A DNA stretch of 64,000 nt from an uncultured Acidobacteriota bacterium (GTDB lineage: Bacteria; Acidobacteriota; Vicinamibacteria; Fen-336): assembly GCA_963720545.1 (NCBI GenBank), contig OY970399.1, positions 160,001-224,000 of the forward strand, written 5' to 3'. Below, piece by piece: positions 52,424 to 64,000 of the stretch. The notes beneath the pieces are model-generated. The model had not been told where the DNA came from and did not search any database. It saw nothing but the letters and a program-made list of their open reading frames with translations. Position 1 is the first letter of the stretch. Every line of letters begins with the position of its first letter. Made by a program: the position numbers and the translations under genes.

Positions 52424-53998
52424 ATGAGCCTCGACAAGATGCTGCGCGCAGCCCGCCGTGCCGGCGGATCCGAGGTCCGGCTGATCCCGGGCCGCCGCAC
52501 CGTGGTCATCACCGCCACGGGTGAAGGCGAGATCCCCGGCCCGGTGCACACACCGATATCGATCGCGGAACTCGTTGCTCCGCACCTCACCCAGCCGGTG
52601 CGACAGGCCCTGACCGCAGGCTCGGCCGACTGGTGGCTGACGGTCGAGTCGATCGGCCAGATCTTCGCGGAAGCCAAGCAGGAGGCCGCCGGCGCGACCT
52701 TCGCCTTCACCTTTGGTCCGAGCAGCGCGCCCGCTTCCGCGGCGGTCGACATCCCCGACCCCTCGGTGGCAGAGCGCGGCGGTGCCGCCCCCGCCGGCGT
52801 CGAGCCGCCGCCAACGGCGCCAGCCGGGCCGCAGAAGACGGTGGTGGCGCCGAGGATCCAGGCCGGCAACGGCCCCGAGATCGAGGGCTTGCTCCGCATG
52901 CTCGTGGACCTGAAAGCATCCGACCTGCACCTGACCGTCGGCGCCCAGCCCAACGTCCGCCTCGACGGCGACATGCGGGCACTCGACGGCCACGCCGTGC
53001 TGACGCCCGAGGAAACGAAGCGGCTGCTGTGGCCGATCGTGCCGCCGCGCAACCGCGAGGAGTTCGAGCGCCGCAAGGACACCGACTTCGCTCATGAAAT
53101 TCCGGGCGTGGCGCGCTACCGCTGCAACGTCTTCGTGGACCGCAAGGGCATGGGCGGCGTGTTCCGGCTGATCCCGAGCAAGATCATGACCGCCGAGGAG
53201 ATGGGACTCTCCAAGGAACTCCTCGAGTTGTGCCACCTGCCAAAGGGGCTGGTGCTCGTGACCGGCCCGACCGGCTCGGGCAAGTCGACGACGCTCGCGG
53301 CGATGGTCGACTACGTCAACCGCACCCGCACCGATCACATCATCACCATCGAGGATCCGATCGAGTTCGTCCACGAGAACAACCAGTGCCTGGTCAACCA
53401 GCGCCAGGTGGGCGAGCACACCGAGTCGTTCCAGGGTGCGCTGCGCGCCGCCTTGCGCGAGGACCCCGACATCATCCTGGTGGGCGAGCTGCGCGACCTC
53501 GAGACCATCGCGATCGCAATCGAGACCGCTGAAACCGGGCACCTGGTGTTCGGCACCCTGCACACCTCGTCGGCGCCGTCCACGGTCGATCGCGTCATCG
53601 ACCAGTTTCCCGCCGACCGGCAGTCGCAGATCCGGGTCATGCTGGCCGAGAGCCTCAAGGGCGTCGTCAGCCAGGTGCTTTGCAAGAAGGTGGGCGGCGG
53701 GCGCGTGCCGGCGCTCGAGATCCTCATCGGCACGCCGCCGGTCGCGAACCTGATCCGCGAAGCCAAGACGTTCCAGATCGCGTCCACCATGCAGACCGGC
53801 AAGCGCTACGGCATGTGCCAGCTGAACGACGCGCTCTTCGACCTGGTCAAGCGCAAGCTGGTGCTGCCGCAGGAAGCGTGGGCCAAGTCCACCGACAAGA
53901 CGTCGTTGCTCGCGACGTTCCGCAAGAACAACATCGAGACGCCGTGGGCAACGAGCAGCGACACGGCGCCCGCCGCAGCGGCGGCGCCGGTCGCCTGA
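52424..53998 (+). CDS. pilT: Type IV pilus retraction ATPase PilT with extra degenerate N-terminal domain
   Basis: ASDLHL, GPTGSGKSTT, TIEDPIE, LREDPD, AETGHLVFGTLH and NLIRE motifs. Confidence 0.92.
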   Translation: MSLDKMLRAARRAGGSEVRLIPGRRTVVITATGEGEIPGPVHTPISIAELVAPHLTQPVRQALTAGSADWWLTVESIGQIFAEAKQEAAGATFAFTFGPSSAPASAAVDIPDPSVAERGGAAPAGVEPPPTAPAGPQKTVVAPRIQAGNGPEIEGLLRMLVDLKASDLHLTVGAQPNVRLDGDMRALDGHAVLTPEETKRLLWPIVPPRNREEFERRKDTDFAHEIPGVARYRCNVFVDRKGMGGVFRLIPSKIMTAEEMGLSKELLELCHLPKGLVLVTGPTGSGKSTTLAAMVDYVNRTRTDHIITIEDPIEFVHENNQCLVNQRQVGEHTESFQGALRAALREDPDIILVGELRDLETIAIAIETAETGHLVFGTLHTSSAPSTVDRVIDQFPADRQSQIRVMLAESLKGVVSQVLCKKVGGGRVPALEILIGTPPVANLIREAKTFQIASTMQTGKRYGMCQLNDALFDLVKRKLVLPQEAWAKSTDKTSLLATFRKNNIETPWATSSDTAPAAAAAPVA

Positions 53999-54003
53999 GC
54001 GGC

Positions 54004-54630
54004 GTGCGCAGCGTCCACCGCATCGCCTCGCCGGATGCGGTCACGGGTGCGGCGCTCAACCACGCGGCGCGCAGCCTCGACGCCGGCGGCTGCATCGTCT
54101 ATCCGACCGACACGCTGTACGCGATCGGCTGCCGCGCGGCCGACGGCGCGGCCGCGGCGCGGGTGCGGCTCGCCAAGGGCCGCGACGACGGCAAGCCGCT
54201 GCCGCTCATCGCCGGATCGCTCGCCCAGGCGGCGAGCCTCTCGAACGCCCTCGAAGGCGGCGCCGCGCTGCAGCTGGCACGGCTCTTCTGGCCGGGTCCG
54301 CTCACCCTGGTGCTGCCGCTCACCGCCGACCTTCCGTTCGACGTGACCGCCGGCCGCGACACCGTCGCCGTGCGGGTTCCGGCCGCTGCCTTCGCCCGCG
54401 CGCTGTGCGAACGCACCGGGCCGCTCGTGTCGACTTCGGCGAATCGCAGCGGCATGCCGGCGCCGCGCAGTTTCGCCGCCGCCGCCGCCGCGGTGGGCGA
54501 GTACGCCGAGGTCCTGATCGACGCCGGTGCCTTGTTCGGCGAAGCCTCGACGATCGTCGACATGACCGCGCAGCCGGCACTCGTGCGCGCCGGCGCGGTC
54601 GCATGGCGCGACGTGCAGCGGGCACTTTGA
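54004..54630 (+). CDS. tsaC: L-threonylcarbamoyladenylate synthase
   Basis: YPTDTLY, KGR...KPL, WPGPLT and STSANRSG motifs. Confidence 0.9.
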   Translation: MRSVHRIASPDAVTGAALNHAARSLDAGGCIVYPTDTLYAIGCRAADGAAAARVRLAKGRDDGKPLPLIAGSLAQAASLSNALEGGAALQLARLFWPGPLTLVLPLTADLPFDVTAGRDTVAVRVPAAAFARALCERTGPLVSTSANRSGMPAPRSFAAAAAAVGEYAEVLIDAGALFGEASTIVDMTAQPALVRAGAVAWRDVQRAL

Positions 54631-54664
54631 TCGCGGCTCTTTGCTACACTCGAAGCCGTCCTCA

Positions 54665-55912
54665 GTGAACCACGAACGCGCCCTGCTCGTCGGCCTCGCC
54701 ATCGGCGGCCCCTCCGCCCGCTCCCGTGCCGAAGGCTCACTCGAGGAACTGGCGCTGCTCGCCGAGAGCGCCGGCGCGGAAGTGGCTGGCAGCACCTACC
54801 AGGAGCGCGCGAGCCGCGATCCCGCAACGCTCGTCGGGCGCGGCAAGGTGGCGCAGATCGCCGCCCTGTGCGAGCAACTCGGCGCCAACCTGGTGCTGTT
54901 CGACGAGGATCTGACGCCGGCGCAGCAGCGCAACGTGGAGAAGGTGGTGGAGCGCAAGACGCTCGACCGCACCCAGCTGATCCTCGACATCTTCGCGAAA
55001 CGCGCGCGCACCCTGGAAGGCCGGCTGCAGGTGGAGCTGGCGCAGCTCGACTACTTGCTGCCGCGGCTCGCGGGCCGCGGCATCGAGCTGTCGCGGCTGG
55101 GCGGCGGCATCGGTACCAGGGGGCCCGGCGAGACCAAGCTCGAGACCGACCGCCGGCGGATCCGCGAGCGGATGTCGAAGGTGCGCCGCGACATCGAGCA
55201 CGTGCGCCGCGAGCGCCGCACGCGCCGCACGGCCCGTGCCCGCAAGGGGGCGCCGATCGTGGCGCTCGTGGGCTACACCAACGCCGGCAAGTCCACGCTC
55301 TTCAACGCGCTCACCCAGGCGCGCACCGCGGTCTCGAGCCAGGTGTTCATGACCCTCGACCCGCTGGTGCGGCGCGCGCGCCTCGGCGACGGCCGCGACC
55401 TGCTGATGGTGGACACTGTCGGCTTCATCCAGAAGCTGCCGCACTCGCTGGTCGCGGCGTTTCGCGCCACTCTCGAGGAAGTCACCGACGCCGACCTGAT
55501 GCTGCACGTGGCCGATGCCGCCGCCGCCGACCGCGATGCCCGGCTTGCCGCGGTTGACGCAGTGCTCGCCGAGATCGGCGGCTCCGAGCGTGAGCTGCTC
55601 CTCGTCTTCAACAAATGCGATGGGCTGAGCACGGCGGAGCGGCTCTCACTGCAGCAGGCCTATCCCGGCTCGGTGCTGGTCTCGGCGCTCACCGGTCTCG
55701 GCCTGAAGACGCTCGGCGAGGCGATGGCGCTGCGGCTTTGCCTGGGCCTGCGGCCGGTGCGACTGCGCTTCCATTCGAGCGAAGGCCAGAAGATCGCCTC
55801 GGTCTACCGGGCGGGGAAAGTGAATTCGGTTGCGGCCGAAGGCGACGCGCTGGTGCTCGAAGCCGAACTGCCCGAGCGCTCCATTGGCCGTTTCTCGGGA
55901 AACGTCGAATGA
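54665..55912 (+). CDS. hflX: Ribosome-splitting GTPase HflX
   Basis: ILDIFAKRA, GIGTRGPGET, GYTNAGKSTL, DTVGF and NKCD motifs. Confidence 0.95.
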   Translation: MNHERALLVGLAIGGPSARSRAEGSLEELALLAESAGAEVAGSTYQERASRDPATLVGRGKVAQIAALCEQLGANLVLFDEDLTPAQQRNVEKVVERKTLDRTQLILDIFAKRARTLEGRLQVELAQLDYLLPRLAGRGIELSRLGGGIGTRGPGETKLETDRRRIRERMSKVRRDIEHVRRERRTRRTARARKGAPIVALVGYTNAGKSTLFNALTQARTAVSSQVFMTLDPLVRRARLGDGRDLLMVDTVGFIQKLPHSLVAAFRATLEEVTDADLMLHVADAAAADRDARLAAVDAVLAEIGGSERELLLVFNKCDGLSTAERLSLQQAYPGSVLVSALTGLGLKTLGEAMALRLCLGLRPVRLRFHSSEGQKIASVYRAGKVNSVAAEGDALVLEAELPERSIGRFSGNVE

Positions 55913-57240
55913 AAGCCGCTGCTCCGGCCGTGCGACTTGCCTGGTGCCTGCTACTGCTCACCGCCGCCGGGTGCGCCCCCAGGGCGGCGCCGCGCGGACC
56001 GGCCAATTTTCCGAAGGAAGACGACTACGAGCGGCCGAGCGTCTCCGGCCTGAACGAGAAGCAGGCCGCGGTCCTGAGCGACGCCTGGGCCGCCATCGGC
56101 GTCGGCGACACCGCTGCCGCAATACAGTCGCTCGGCGCCGCGCTGCGCAAGGATCCGAACGCAGTCAGCCTGCGCACCGCGCTCGGTTATGCCTACCTGC
56201 GCGCCGGCCGCACCGCCGACGCCAAGGCCGAGTTCGACGCGGTGCTCGCGCGCGATTCCGCCCAACGCGCGGCGCTCGTTGGCGCCGCCACCAGCGCGCG
56301 CAAGCTGGGCAAGGTCGAGGAAGCGCTGGCGCTCTACCGCTCCGCGCGCAACGGCGTCGGCGTCGATAGTCCGATGCTCGACCGGCGCATCGCCGAGCTG
56401 AGCGCGGCACGCGCCGACAGCCTGGTGGCGGATGCCCGCCGGCTGCGCGGCAGCAACGACCTCGAGGCGGCGCTCGCCGCATACGCGCGGGCCCTCGAGG
56501 CGGCACCCGGGCTCGTCGGTTTGCGCCTCGAATGGGCCGACGTGCTGATCGAGCTGGGGCGGCGCGACGACGCCGTGCGGCTTCTGCAGCAAAGCGACCC
56601 GACCGATCGCGGTTCACGCCTGTACCTGGCGCAGCTCTTCGCCGAGGAAGGCAACGTCGCCGAGGCCGCGACACTTTTGGAGGCGTTGCACCAGGCATTG
56701 CCGGCGGATGCCGAGGTTGCGGAGCGCCTCGCGGAACTGCGCCGCTCGCGCACCGAGGCCGCGGTTCCCGACGAGGTCCGGGACATTGCGGCCGCGCAAT
56801 GGGCGACGCGCGCCGACCTTGCGGCGCTCCTGGTCGCTACCGTCCCGGAGATGGCCGAGAGTGCGTCGCAGCCGCCGCCGGTGGCAACCGACATCGAAGG
56901 GTTGTGGGGGCGCGAGTACATCCTGAAGGCGCTGTCGCTGGGCCTGATGGAGACCTATCCGAACCACACGTTCCAGCCCGACGCGACCATCCGGCGCGGC
57001 GACCTCGGCCACGCCCTCGGGCGCGCGCTCGCGCGGCTCGGCGTGGCGGCACCCGCGACGCCGCCGGCGATGAAGGACGTGACACCGAACAACCGCCTCT
57101 ATCCGGAGATCGCCGCCGCGGTCGCCGCTGGCCTGCTGCCGCTCAACGCGGAGGGCGCCTTCGAAGCGTGGCGGCCGGTCACCGGCGCCGAAGCGGTGCG
57201 CGCCGTCGCGGCCCTCACCGCGCGCCTGCATCGCCCGTAG
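55909..57240 (+). CDS. TPR + S-layer-homology (SLH) domain lipoprotein
   Basis: LLLLTAAGC lipobox; TPR repeats; SLH-like DIEGLWGREYI...GLM..YPNHTFQPD..IRRG and DV....LYPEI...GLL......F...RPVT. Confidence 0.78.
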   Translation: MKAAAPAVRLAWCLLLLTAAGCAPRAAPRGPANFPKEDDYERPSVSGLNEKQAAVLSDAWAAIGVGDTAAAIQSLGAALRKDPNAVSLRTALGYAYLRAGRTADAKAEFDAVLARDSAQRAALVGAATSARKLGKVEEALALYRSARNGVGVDSPMLDRRIAELSAARADSLVADARRLRGSNDLEAALAAYARALEAAPGLVGLRLEWADVLIELGRRDDAVRLLQQSDPTDRGSRLYLAQLFAEEGNVAEAATLLEALHQALPADAEVAERLAELRRSRTEAAVPDEVRDIAAAQWATRADLAALLVATVPEMAESASQPPPVATDIEGLWGREYILKALSLGLMETYPNHTFQPDATIRRGDLGHALGRALARLGVAAPATPPAMKDVTPNNRLYPEIAAAVAAGLLPLNAEGAFEAWRPVTGAEAVRAVAALTARLHRP

Positions 57241-57263
57241 GCCTTTCGAAAACCCGAAAAACC

Positions 57264-57279
57264 GGTGAGCGCCGTCACA
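57264..57279. promoter_or_regulatory. CRP-box-like site upstream of the Crp gene
   Basis: GGTGA-GCGCCG-TCACA matches 9 of 10 positions of TGTGA-N6-TCACA; TACCAT -10 at 57298-57303. Confidence 0.6.
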
Positions 57280-57346
57280 AACGCCGCGGGCTTGCGGTAC
57301 CATTCCGGGTCAAAGACGCCCTAGCGCCATTTTGGAGAGCCATTAA

Positions 57347-58032
57347 ATGGATGTTCGAGAGCTGCTGCGAAGCGTGCCCATCTTCTCGGATGTGGAAGAC
57401 CCCGGCATCGAAACCCTGACGAGGGTCGTGGCCCGCAAGGTCTACCCGAAGGACGGCGTCGTATTCTTCGAGAACGAGGCGGGCGACACCCTCTTCATGA
57501 TCCTGACCGGACGCATCAAGGTCACGATCCTGGGCGACGACGGCCGCGAGATCATCCTCACCGTGCTCGGCCCCGGCGACTTCTTCGGCGAGATGTCGCT
57601 GCTCGACAACGAGCCGCGCTCGGCGACGGCAATCGCGACCGAAGAGACGGAGCTCGTGTCCCTGCAGCGCGCCGACTTCGAGACGGTGCTGTCCGACAAC
57701 AAGGAAATAGCCCTCGGCCTGATCCGCATCCTGACCCAGCGCCTGCGCCGCGCCGATCAGCAGATCGAGACGCTGGCGCTCCTCGACGTCTACGGCCGCG
57801 TCGCACGCCTCATCGTCGACCTGGCGAAGGAAGAAGGCCGCCGGCTGAAGGACGGTCGCGTCGCCTTCCGCCGCGCCACGCACCAGGAGATCGCGAACCG
57901 CATCGGCACTACCCGGGAAACCGTGACGCGCATCCTCAAGGACCTGGAGCGCGCCGGCCGCATCAAGGTGGAAGGCAGGGAGCTGGTGGTGCCCGCCGAC
58001 TACGAGAAGGTGTTCGACGAGGGCACCAGCCG

Positions 58033-58036
<4 letters not shown>
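57347..58036 (+). CDS. Crp/Fnr family cNMP-binding transcription factor (CRP/GlxR-like)
   Basis: FGEMSLL..EPRSA cNMP pocket; IGTTRETVTR HTH. Confidence 0.92.
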
Positions 58037-59364
<1,328 letters not shown>

Positions 59365-59565
59365 CACCATGCCGCGATGCCCGCGGCCGAGGAAGGGAAC
59401 ATGTCGTTGGACTCCTGTGTGCCTGTTCGAAATTGCAAGCGACGGGCCAGTACCGTTTCGGCCCAGGCAGCACGATTCTGGGCGCGGCCCAAGCACAATT
59501 GTAGAGTTTTCACGCTACCTGCGGGTCAAAAGCTCCAAACAATGCCGCCCACGGGCGCTTGCGAC

Positions 59566-59581
59566 CGGCACGCGTGTTGCA
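59566..59581 (+). promoter_or_regulatory. Sigma-54 (-24/-12) promoter
   Basis: CGGCAC-GCGTG-TTGCA is near-consensus and divergent from a bEBP gene. Confidence 0.75.
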
Positions 59582-59641
59582 CCTGCACCGGCGAGCCGGC
59601 GACCTGGCTTCCCAGGATCACTGCCGCGCACGGAGGCTTTC

Positions 59642-59791
59642 ATGCTCTGGACCATCTTCGTCATCCTCATCGTGTTGTGGCTGCTGGGTATGGTCAGTTC
59701 GTACACCCTCGGCGGCTTCATCCACATCCTGCTGCTGCTCGCGATCGCGGTGGTCCTCATCAACGTCATCCAGGGCAGACGGCCGCTGTAA
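59642..59791 (+). CDS. lmo0937-family (DUF5670) small membrane protein
   Basis: MLWTIFVILIVLWLLGMVSSYTLGGFIHILLLLAIAVVLINVIQGRRPL; SD GGAGG. Confidence 0.88.
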   Translation: MLWTIFVILIVLWLLGMVSSYTLGGFIHILLLLAIAVVLINVIQGRRPL

Positions 59792-59809
59792 GCGGCTAAA
59801 ATCGGGCTC

Positions 59810-60364
59810 ATGCCTGGAGAATTCGCCGCCGATGTGGCGGCCATCCGTAAGCGCGCCCGGCAGCACATCGAACAGGGCGCGGTCACCGGGGCTTACAAGG
59901 GCAATCTAAAGGTTGTCCTGCAGCTCCTCAACGAGGCGCTCGCGACGGAGATAGTCTGCGTGCTCCGCTACAAGCGCCATCACTATGTCGCGAAGGGCAT
60001 CCACGCGTCGTCGGTGGCCGCCGAGTTCCTCGCCCACGCGGGCGAGGAGCAGGGCCACGCCGACCAGATCGCCGCGCGCATCACCCAGCTCGGCGGCGAG
60101 CCCGACTTCGCTCCCGACACTCTCACCAAGCGCTCGCACTCCGAATACGTCACCTCCGACAGCCTGATCGAGATGATCCGCGAGAACCTCATCGCCGAGC
60201 GCATCGCGATCGAGTCGTACTCGGAAATGATCCGCTACATCGGCGATTCCGATCCCACCACCCGCACCATGCTCGAAGGCATCCTTGCGGTCGAGGAGGA
60301 GCACGCCGAAGACATGGTGTCGCTGCTCGCCAGCATGGGCGACAAGCAGAAGAAGGAGAAGTAG
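59810..60364 (+). CDS. Ferritin-like (bacterioferritin/DpsL-like) diiron protein
   Basis: ALATE...RY..H, EEQGH, ERIAIESY and EEEH ferroxidase ligands. Confidence 0.85.
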   Translation: MPGEFAADVAAIRKRARQHIEQGAVTGAYKGNLKVVLQLLNEALATEIVCVLRYKRHHYVAKGIHASSVAAEFLAHAGEEQGHADQIAARITQLGGEPDFAPDTLTKRSHSEYVTSDSLIEMIRENLIAERIAIESYSEMIRYIGDSDPTTRTMLEGILAVEEEHAEDMVSLLASMGDKQKKEK

Positions 60365-60386
60365 CCGCCTTCGCCCGCGCTCGCCG

Positions 60387-63300
60387 TCACACCGGCGAGG
60401 CGGGCACTCCCAGCCGGATCTTCACCAGACGAGTGCGCTGCCCGGCGCCGCCGGAACTCAGCGGAATGGCGGCGGGATCGACGTTCTCGCCGTCCAGCGT
60501 CGCCTCGGCAACGCCGCGGCACAGCGAGTCGGGGTTCGTCACCTCGATCTCGTAGAGCGTGCCGTCCACCCGCCACTTCATCGAGAATCCGGGCCAGACG
60601 GACGGTATGCAAGGGTCGAGCGTGAAGGTGTCGCCGCGCCGCCGCAAACCGAGGATTTCCTCTGTGCCGATGCGGTAGGCCCAGCCGGCCGAACCCGTGT
60701 ACCAGGTCCAGCCGCCGCGGCCGCCCTGGTCGGCGAGCGCGTAGACGTCGCCGGCGATGACGTACGGCTCGACCTTGTAGCGGTCGGCCTCGGCGCGGGT
60801 GCGCGCATGGTTGACGGGGTTCACCATGTGGAACATCTCCATCGCTTCGTCGCCGCTGCCGAGGCGGGCGAGCGCCAGGATGACCCAGAGTGCCGCGTGC
60901 GTGTACTGGCCGCCGTTCTCGCGCACCCCCGGCGGATAGGCCGCGATGTAGCCGGGGTCGTGCACCGGCGCCTCGAATGGCGGCTCCAGCAGCAGGATGA
61001 GGGATGCCGCGCGCTGGATGAGGCGGGTGCGCACCGCGTCCATCGCACGTTCGGCGCGCTGGCGCGGCGCGATGCCGGAGATCACCGACCACGACTGGGC
61101 GATCGAGTCGATGCGGCACTGCTCCGCCTGCTTGGTGCCGAGCGGCGTGCCGTCGTCGAAGTACGCCCTGCGATACCACTCGCCGTCCCAGGCGTGCTCC
61201 ATCATGTCGCCGAGGCGCGCGGCCTCGGCCCGGTAGCGAGCACCGCGCGGCTCGTCGCCGCGCACGTCGCAAATGGGCGCAAACGTGCGCAGCAGGCTTG
61301 CCAGGAACCAGCCCACCCAGACGCTCTCGCCGCGGCCTTCCTCGCCGACGCGGTTCATGCCGTCGTTCCAGTCGCCGCTGCCCATGAGCGGCAGTCCGTG
61401 CGGGCCCACTGTGAGCGCCTTGTCGATGGCACGCAGGCAATGCTCGAAGACGCTCGCCTCCTCTTTCGCGGGCGACGCCGGCCGGTACGCCTCCTGCTCG
61501 CCGGGTGCGAGCAGCTCCCCCTGCAGGAAGGGGACACTCTCGTCCAGCAGCGCGGAATCGCCGGTGGCAGCGACGTAGTGCGCCGCAGCGTACGGCAGCC
61601 AAAGCAGGTCGTCCGAGCAGCGGGTGCGGGTTCCGCGGCCGGTGTGCGGATGCCACCAGTGCTGCACGTCACCCTCGCGAAACTGGCGCGCTGCCGCGGT
61701 CAGCACCTGCCCGCGCAGCATCTCCGGGCGCACCAATGTTAGCGCCAGCGAATCCTGCAGCTGGTCACGGAAGCCGAAGGCACCGCCCGGCTGGTAGTAG
61801 CCGGAGCGCGTGAACAGGCGGCAGGCAACGGTCTGGTAGAGGAACCACCGGTTCACGACCATGTCGAACGAGTCGTCCGGTGTCGCCACCTCGATGGCGC
61901 CCAGCAGGCCGTCCCAGTGCGCGTTCCCGGCGGCCCGCGCGGCGCCCGCGGCGTCGAGCGACGTGTGCTCCCGCACCAGGCGCAGCGCCTGCTCGCGGTC
62001 CTGCGCCTGGCCGATCGCGAACACAACACTGCGGGTCTCGCCGGGCGCCAGATCGATGCGCACCTGCAGCGCGGCGCACGGGTCGAGGCCGGCGCCGAAG
62101 CGGCCGGCGAGGACGTGGCGGCGCAGCGCGGCCGGCCGGTGCGGCGCCTGATTGCGGCCGACGAATTCGGTGCGATCGCCGGTGGCGGACGCCGGCCGCT
62201 CGCTCGCCACCAGGAACGCGGTGCGGCCGGGAAATTCCGAAGTGAAGGGATTGGTCGCGAGCACCGCGGCCGTCTCCTCGTCGAACTCCGTGACGACGTA
62301 ATCCTCGGTGTCGGCGCGCGGCTGGCCGAGCACCCATTCGGCATAGGCGAACGCGCACAACCGGCGCGGCGCGTCGCCATTGTTGCGCACCGTGAGCACG
62401 CTGTACTTGACCGGCTCACGCGGCGCCACGAACACCGACAGCTCGTGCTCGATGCCGTCGCGTTCGTGCGCGAAGGTGGTGTAGCCGGCGCCATGGCGGC
62501 AGAGGTAGCGCCCGGCAACGCTGCCGCGCGCACTCGAGGCTGGCACCGCGCCCCAGACCGTGCGCCGCTCCTCGTCGCGCAGGAAGAAGAGCTCGCCGCT
62601 CGGGTCGAGGACGGCGTCGTTGGCGAAGCGCGTCAGGCGGTTCTCGCGGCTGTTCTCACTCCAGGTGAAGGTGGCGCCCGACGCGGAGACTATGGTGCCG
62701 AAGCCGGGGTTCGCGAGGACGTTCACCCACGGCAGCGGCGTGTCGCCCTCGCCCTCCGTCACCACCACGTACTCGCGGCCGTCGTTGCTGAAGCCGCCGT
62801 AGCCGTTGTCGAAGCGCAGCCGCGGCCGTTGCTGGCGCGCACCCGCGGCGGCCGGCGCGTCGCTGACGTCGAACTCCTCGAGCGGCGCTTCCGCGGCCAC
62901 CGGGCGGTCGAGCTGGCTCGCGAGGTCGCCGCGTTCGCCGTTCAGCACCACGCGCGCGACTGCCGCGAGCAGCTGGCGTTCGGCGGGCGGCAGGCTCTCG
63001 CCGCGCAGCAGGTAAGCGCCGCCGGGACGGTCCTTGTACGAGGTCCATGGGCCGCTTTCGAGCAACGTCGCGAGCTGCTGGTGCATCTCGTCGCGGTAGC
63101 TCGCCGGGTGCTCGTTCAGGATCACGAGGTCGGCGCTCCAACCCTTGAGGCGCCAGTACTCCTGCGCCTGCAGGCACTGGCGCACGAGCGGCAGGTCGTC
63201 CTCCTCGACCACGCGCACCAGCAGGATCGGCAGGTCGCCGGAGATGCCGTGCGGCCACAGGCCGGCCTGGCCGAGCTGGTTCTGCGCCCGCTCGCGCGCC

Positions 63301-64000
63301 GAGGCGCGCAGCGAGGAGTCGAGGTAGAGGGTGCGCGACGCGAGGCGGTCGTAGAGCTGCGCCTCGTCGCCCGAGATGCCGAGGTGGCGCAGCGTCATCT
63401 GCGCCTGCGTGTAGGCGAGGGCCAGCACCCGCGCGGCCGCCGCCGGGTCGTTGTACTTCTGCGCGAGGCCGTTCGCGACATCGCGGTCGTGGGTGAGGCC
63501 CATCGCGAAGCTGAGGCGCGCGCGGCTGCGCGGTCCGAGACGCAGCCGGTGCCGCAGGCTGACGATCGGGTCGAGCACGGCGCCGGTTGTGCCGGTCAAA
63601 GGCCGTCCGCCGAGCGCCTGAGCTTCGTGCAGCTCGCGGCTGCGGCCGAGGAATTTCGCGCGGTCGGTCTCCCATTCGACCGGCCCGGTGAGCCGCCCCT
63701 CGACCGCCAGTACGTGCACGCCAAAAGTCAGCGGGTCTTCCTTCTTGCGCGGCCGCCGCCGGCAGACGATGGCGTGGCTCGCGGACAGATAGGTGGTGTC
63801 GACGAACAGTTTGCCGAACGCGGGGTGCGCGAAGTCGTCGGCGGCCGGCCCGAGCACCACCTCGGCATAGCTCGTCACCTCGATCTCGCGCGCGCGGTCG
63901 CTGCGGTTCGTAAGCGTCAGGCGGCGCACCTCGACGTCGTCCTCGGGCGAGACCGCAATCTCGAGCACCGACTCGATGTCGTCCTGCAGGCGGCGAAAGG
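60387..64000 (-). CDS. Cyclic beta-1,2-glucan synthase (Cgs/NdvB-like) C-terminal GH94 region, 5' end outside window
   Basis: Frame open to the window edge; [43 protein letters not shown] and WYTGSAGW motifs. Confidence 0.9.
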   Translation of the reverse strand, partial: FRRLQDDIESVLEIAVSPEDDVEVRRLTLTNRSDRAREIEVTSYAEVVLGPAADDFAHPAFGKLFVDTTYLSASHAIVCRRRPRKKEDPLTFGVHVLAVEGRLTGPVEWETDRAKFLGRSRELHEAQALGGRPLTGTTGAVLDPIVSLRHRLRLGPRSRARLSFAMGLTHDRDVANGLAQKYNDPAAAARVLALAYTQAQMTLRHLGISGDEAQLYDRLASRTLYLDSSLRASARERAQNQLGQAGLWPHGISGDLPILLVRVVEEDDLPLVRQCLQAQEYWRLKGWSADLVILNEHPASYRDEMHQQLATLLESGPWTSYKDRPGGAYLLRGESLPPAERQLLAAVARVVLNGERGDLASQLDRPVAAEAPLEEFDVSDAPAAAGARQQRPRLRFDNGYGGFSNDGREYVVVTEGEGDTPLPWVNVLANPGFGTIVSASGATFTWSENSRENRLTRFANDAVLDPSGELFFLRDEERRTVWGAVPASSARGSVAGRYLCRHGAGYTTFAHERDGIEHELSVFVAPREPVKYSVLTVRNNGDAPRRLCAFAYAEWVLGQPRADTEDYVVTEFDEETAAVLATNPFTSEFPGRTAFLVASERPASATGDRTEFVGRNQAPHRPAALRRHVLAGRFGAGLDPCAALQVRIDLAPGETRSVVFAIGQAQDREQALRLVREHTSLDAAGAARAAGNAHWDGLLGAIEVATPDDSFDMVVNRWFLYQTVACRLFTRSGYYQPGGAFGFRDQLQDSLALTLVRPEMLRGQVLTAAARQFREGDVQHWWHPHTGRGTRTRCSDDLLWLPYAAAHYVAATGDSALLDESVPFLQGELLAPGEQEAYRPASPAKEEASVFEHCLRAIDKALTVGPHGLPLMGSGDWNDGMNRVGEEGRGESVWVGWFLASLLRTFAPICDVRGDEPRGARYRAEAARLGDMMEHAWDGEWYRRAYFDDGTPLGTKQAEQCRIDSIAQSWSVISGIAPRQRAERAMDAVRTRLIQRAASLILLLEPPFEAPVHDPGYIAAYPPGVRENGGQYTHAALWVILALARLGSGDEAMEMFHMVNPVNHARTRAEADRYKVEPYVIAGDVYALADQGGRGGWTWYTGSAGWAYRIGTEEILGLRRRGDTFTLDPCIPSVWPGFSMKWRVDGTLYEIEVTNPDSLCRGVAEATLDGENVDPAAIPLSSGGAGQRTRLVKIRLGVPASPV

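Noticed and set aside
53995..54003. In-frame CTG overlapping the pilT stop as another non-canonical start for tsaC
   Set aside because: There is no SD, and a GTG three codons later explains the gene equally well.

Overview
High-GC (roughly 70% by eye), tightly packed bacterial chromosomal segment. Gene content suggests an Acidobacteriota (Vicinamibacteria/Thermoanaerobaculia-like) or Myxococcota-like diderm; this is inference only. Left to right it holds: a cell-surface glycosylation cluster (1-10.4 kb); an S46 peptidase; a long + strand run (acyl-CoA mutase with isobutyryl-CoA-mutase-type residues, RomR-like regulator, type-2 valS, birA, rlmD-like, comEC, DUF1844, TPR/Zn-finger membrane protein, DUF4388-MshEN-pseudopilin-like fusion, ribF, RsbV/W/U-like partner switch, cysS, yraN); tRNA-Gly and tRNA-Cys followed by a small accessory block (VOC, aldolase, sugar porter, GH32); an outer-membrane barrel; an SBP-less ABC system; ctpA; an NtrC-type regulator; gmd; ispG; a transglutaminase-ABC operon; an antiporter; trmJ; a PilT with a duplicated N-domain; tsaC; hflX; a TPR-SLH lipoprotein; Crp; a sigma-54 stress module; and the 3' part of a cyclic beta-1,2-glucan synthase/GH94 gene. 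No CRISPR array, integrase or transposase was seen. The best candidates for novelty are the DUF1844/TPR-Zn/DUF4388-MshEN-pseudopilin module (possibly c-di-GMP-linked pilus or polarity control, with RomR-like and unusual PilT proteins nearby), the transglutaminase-ABC operon, and an unusual expression grammar: CTG/ATA starts behind strong SD sites, leaderless genes and bidirectional -10 elements. All family calls come from motif recognition by eye; no searches were run.
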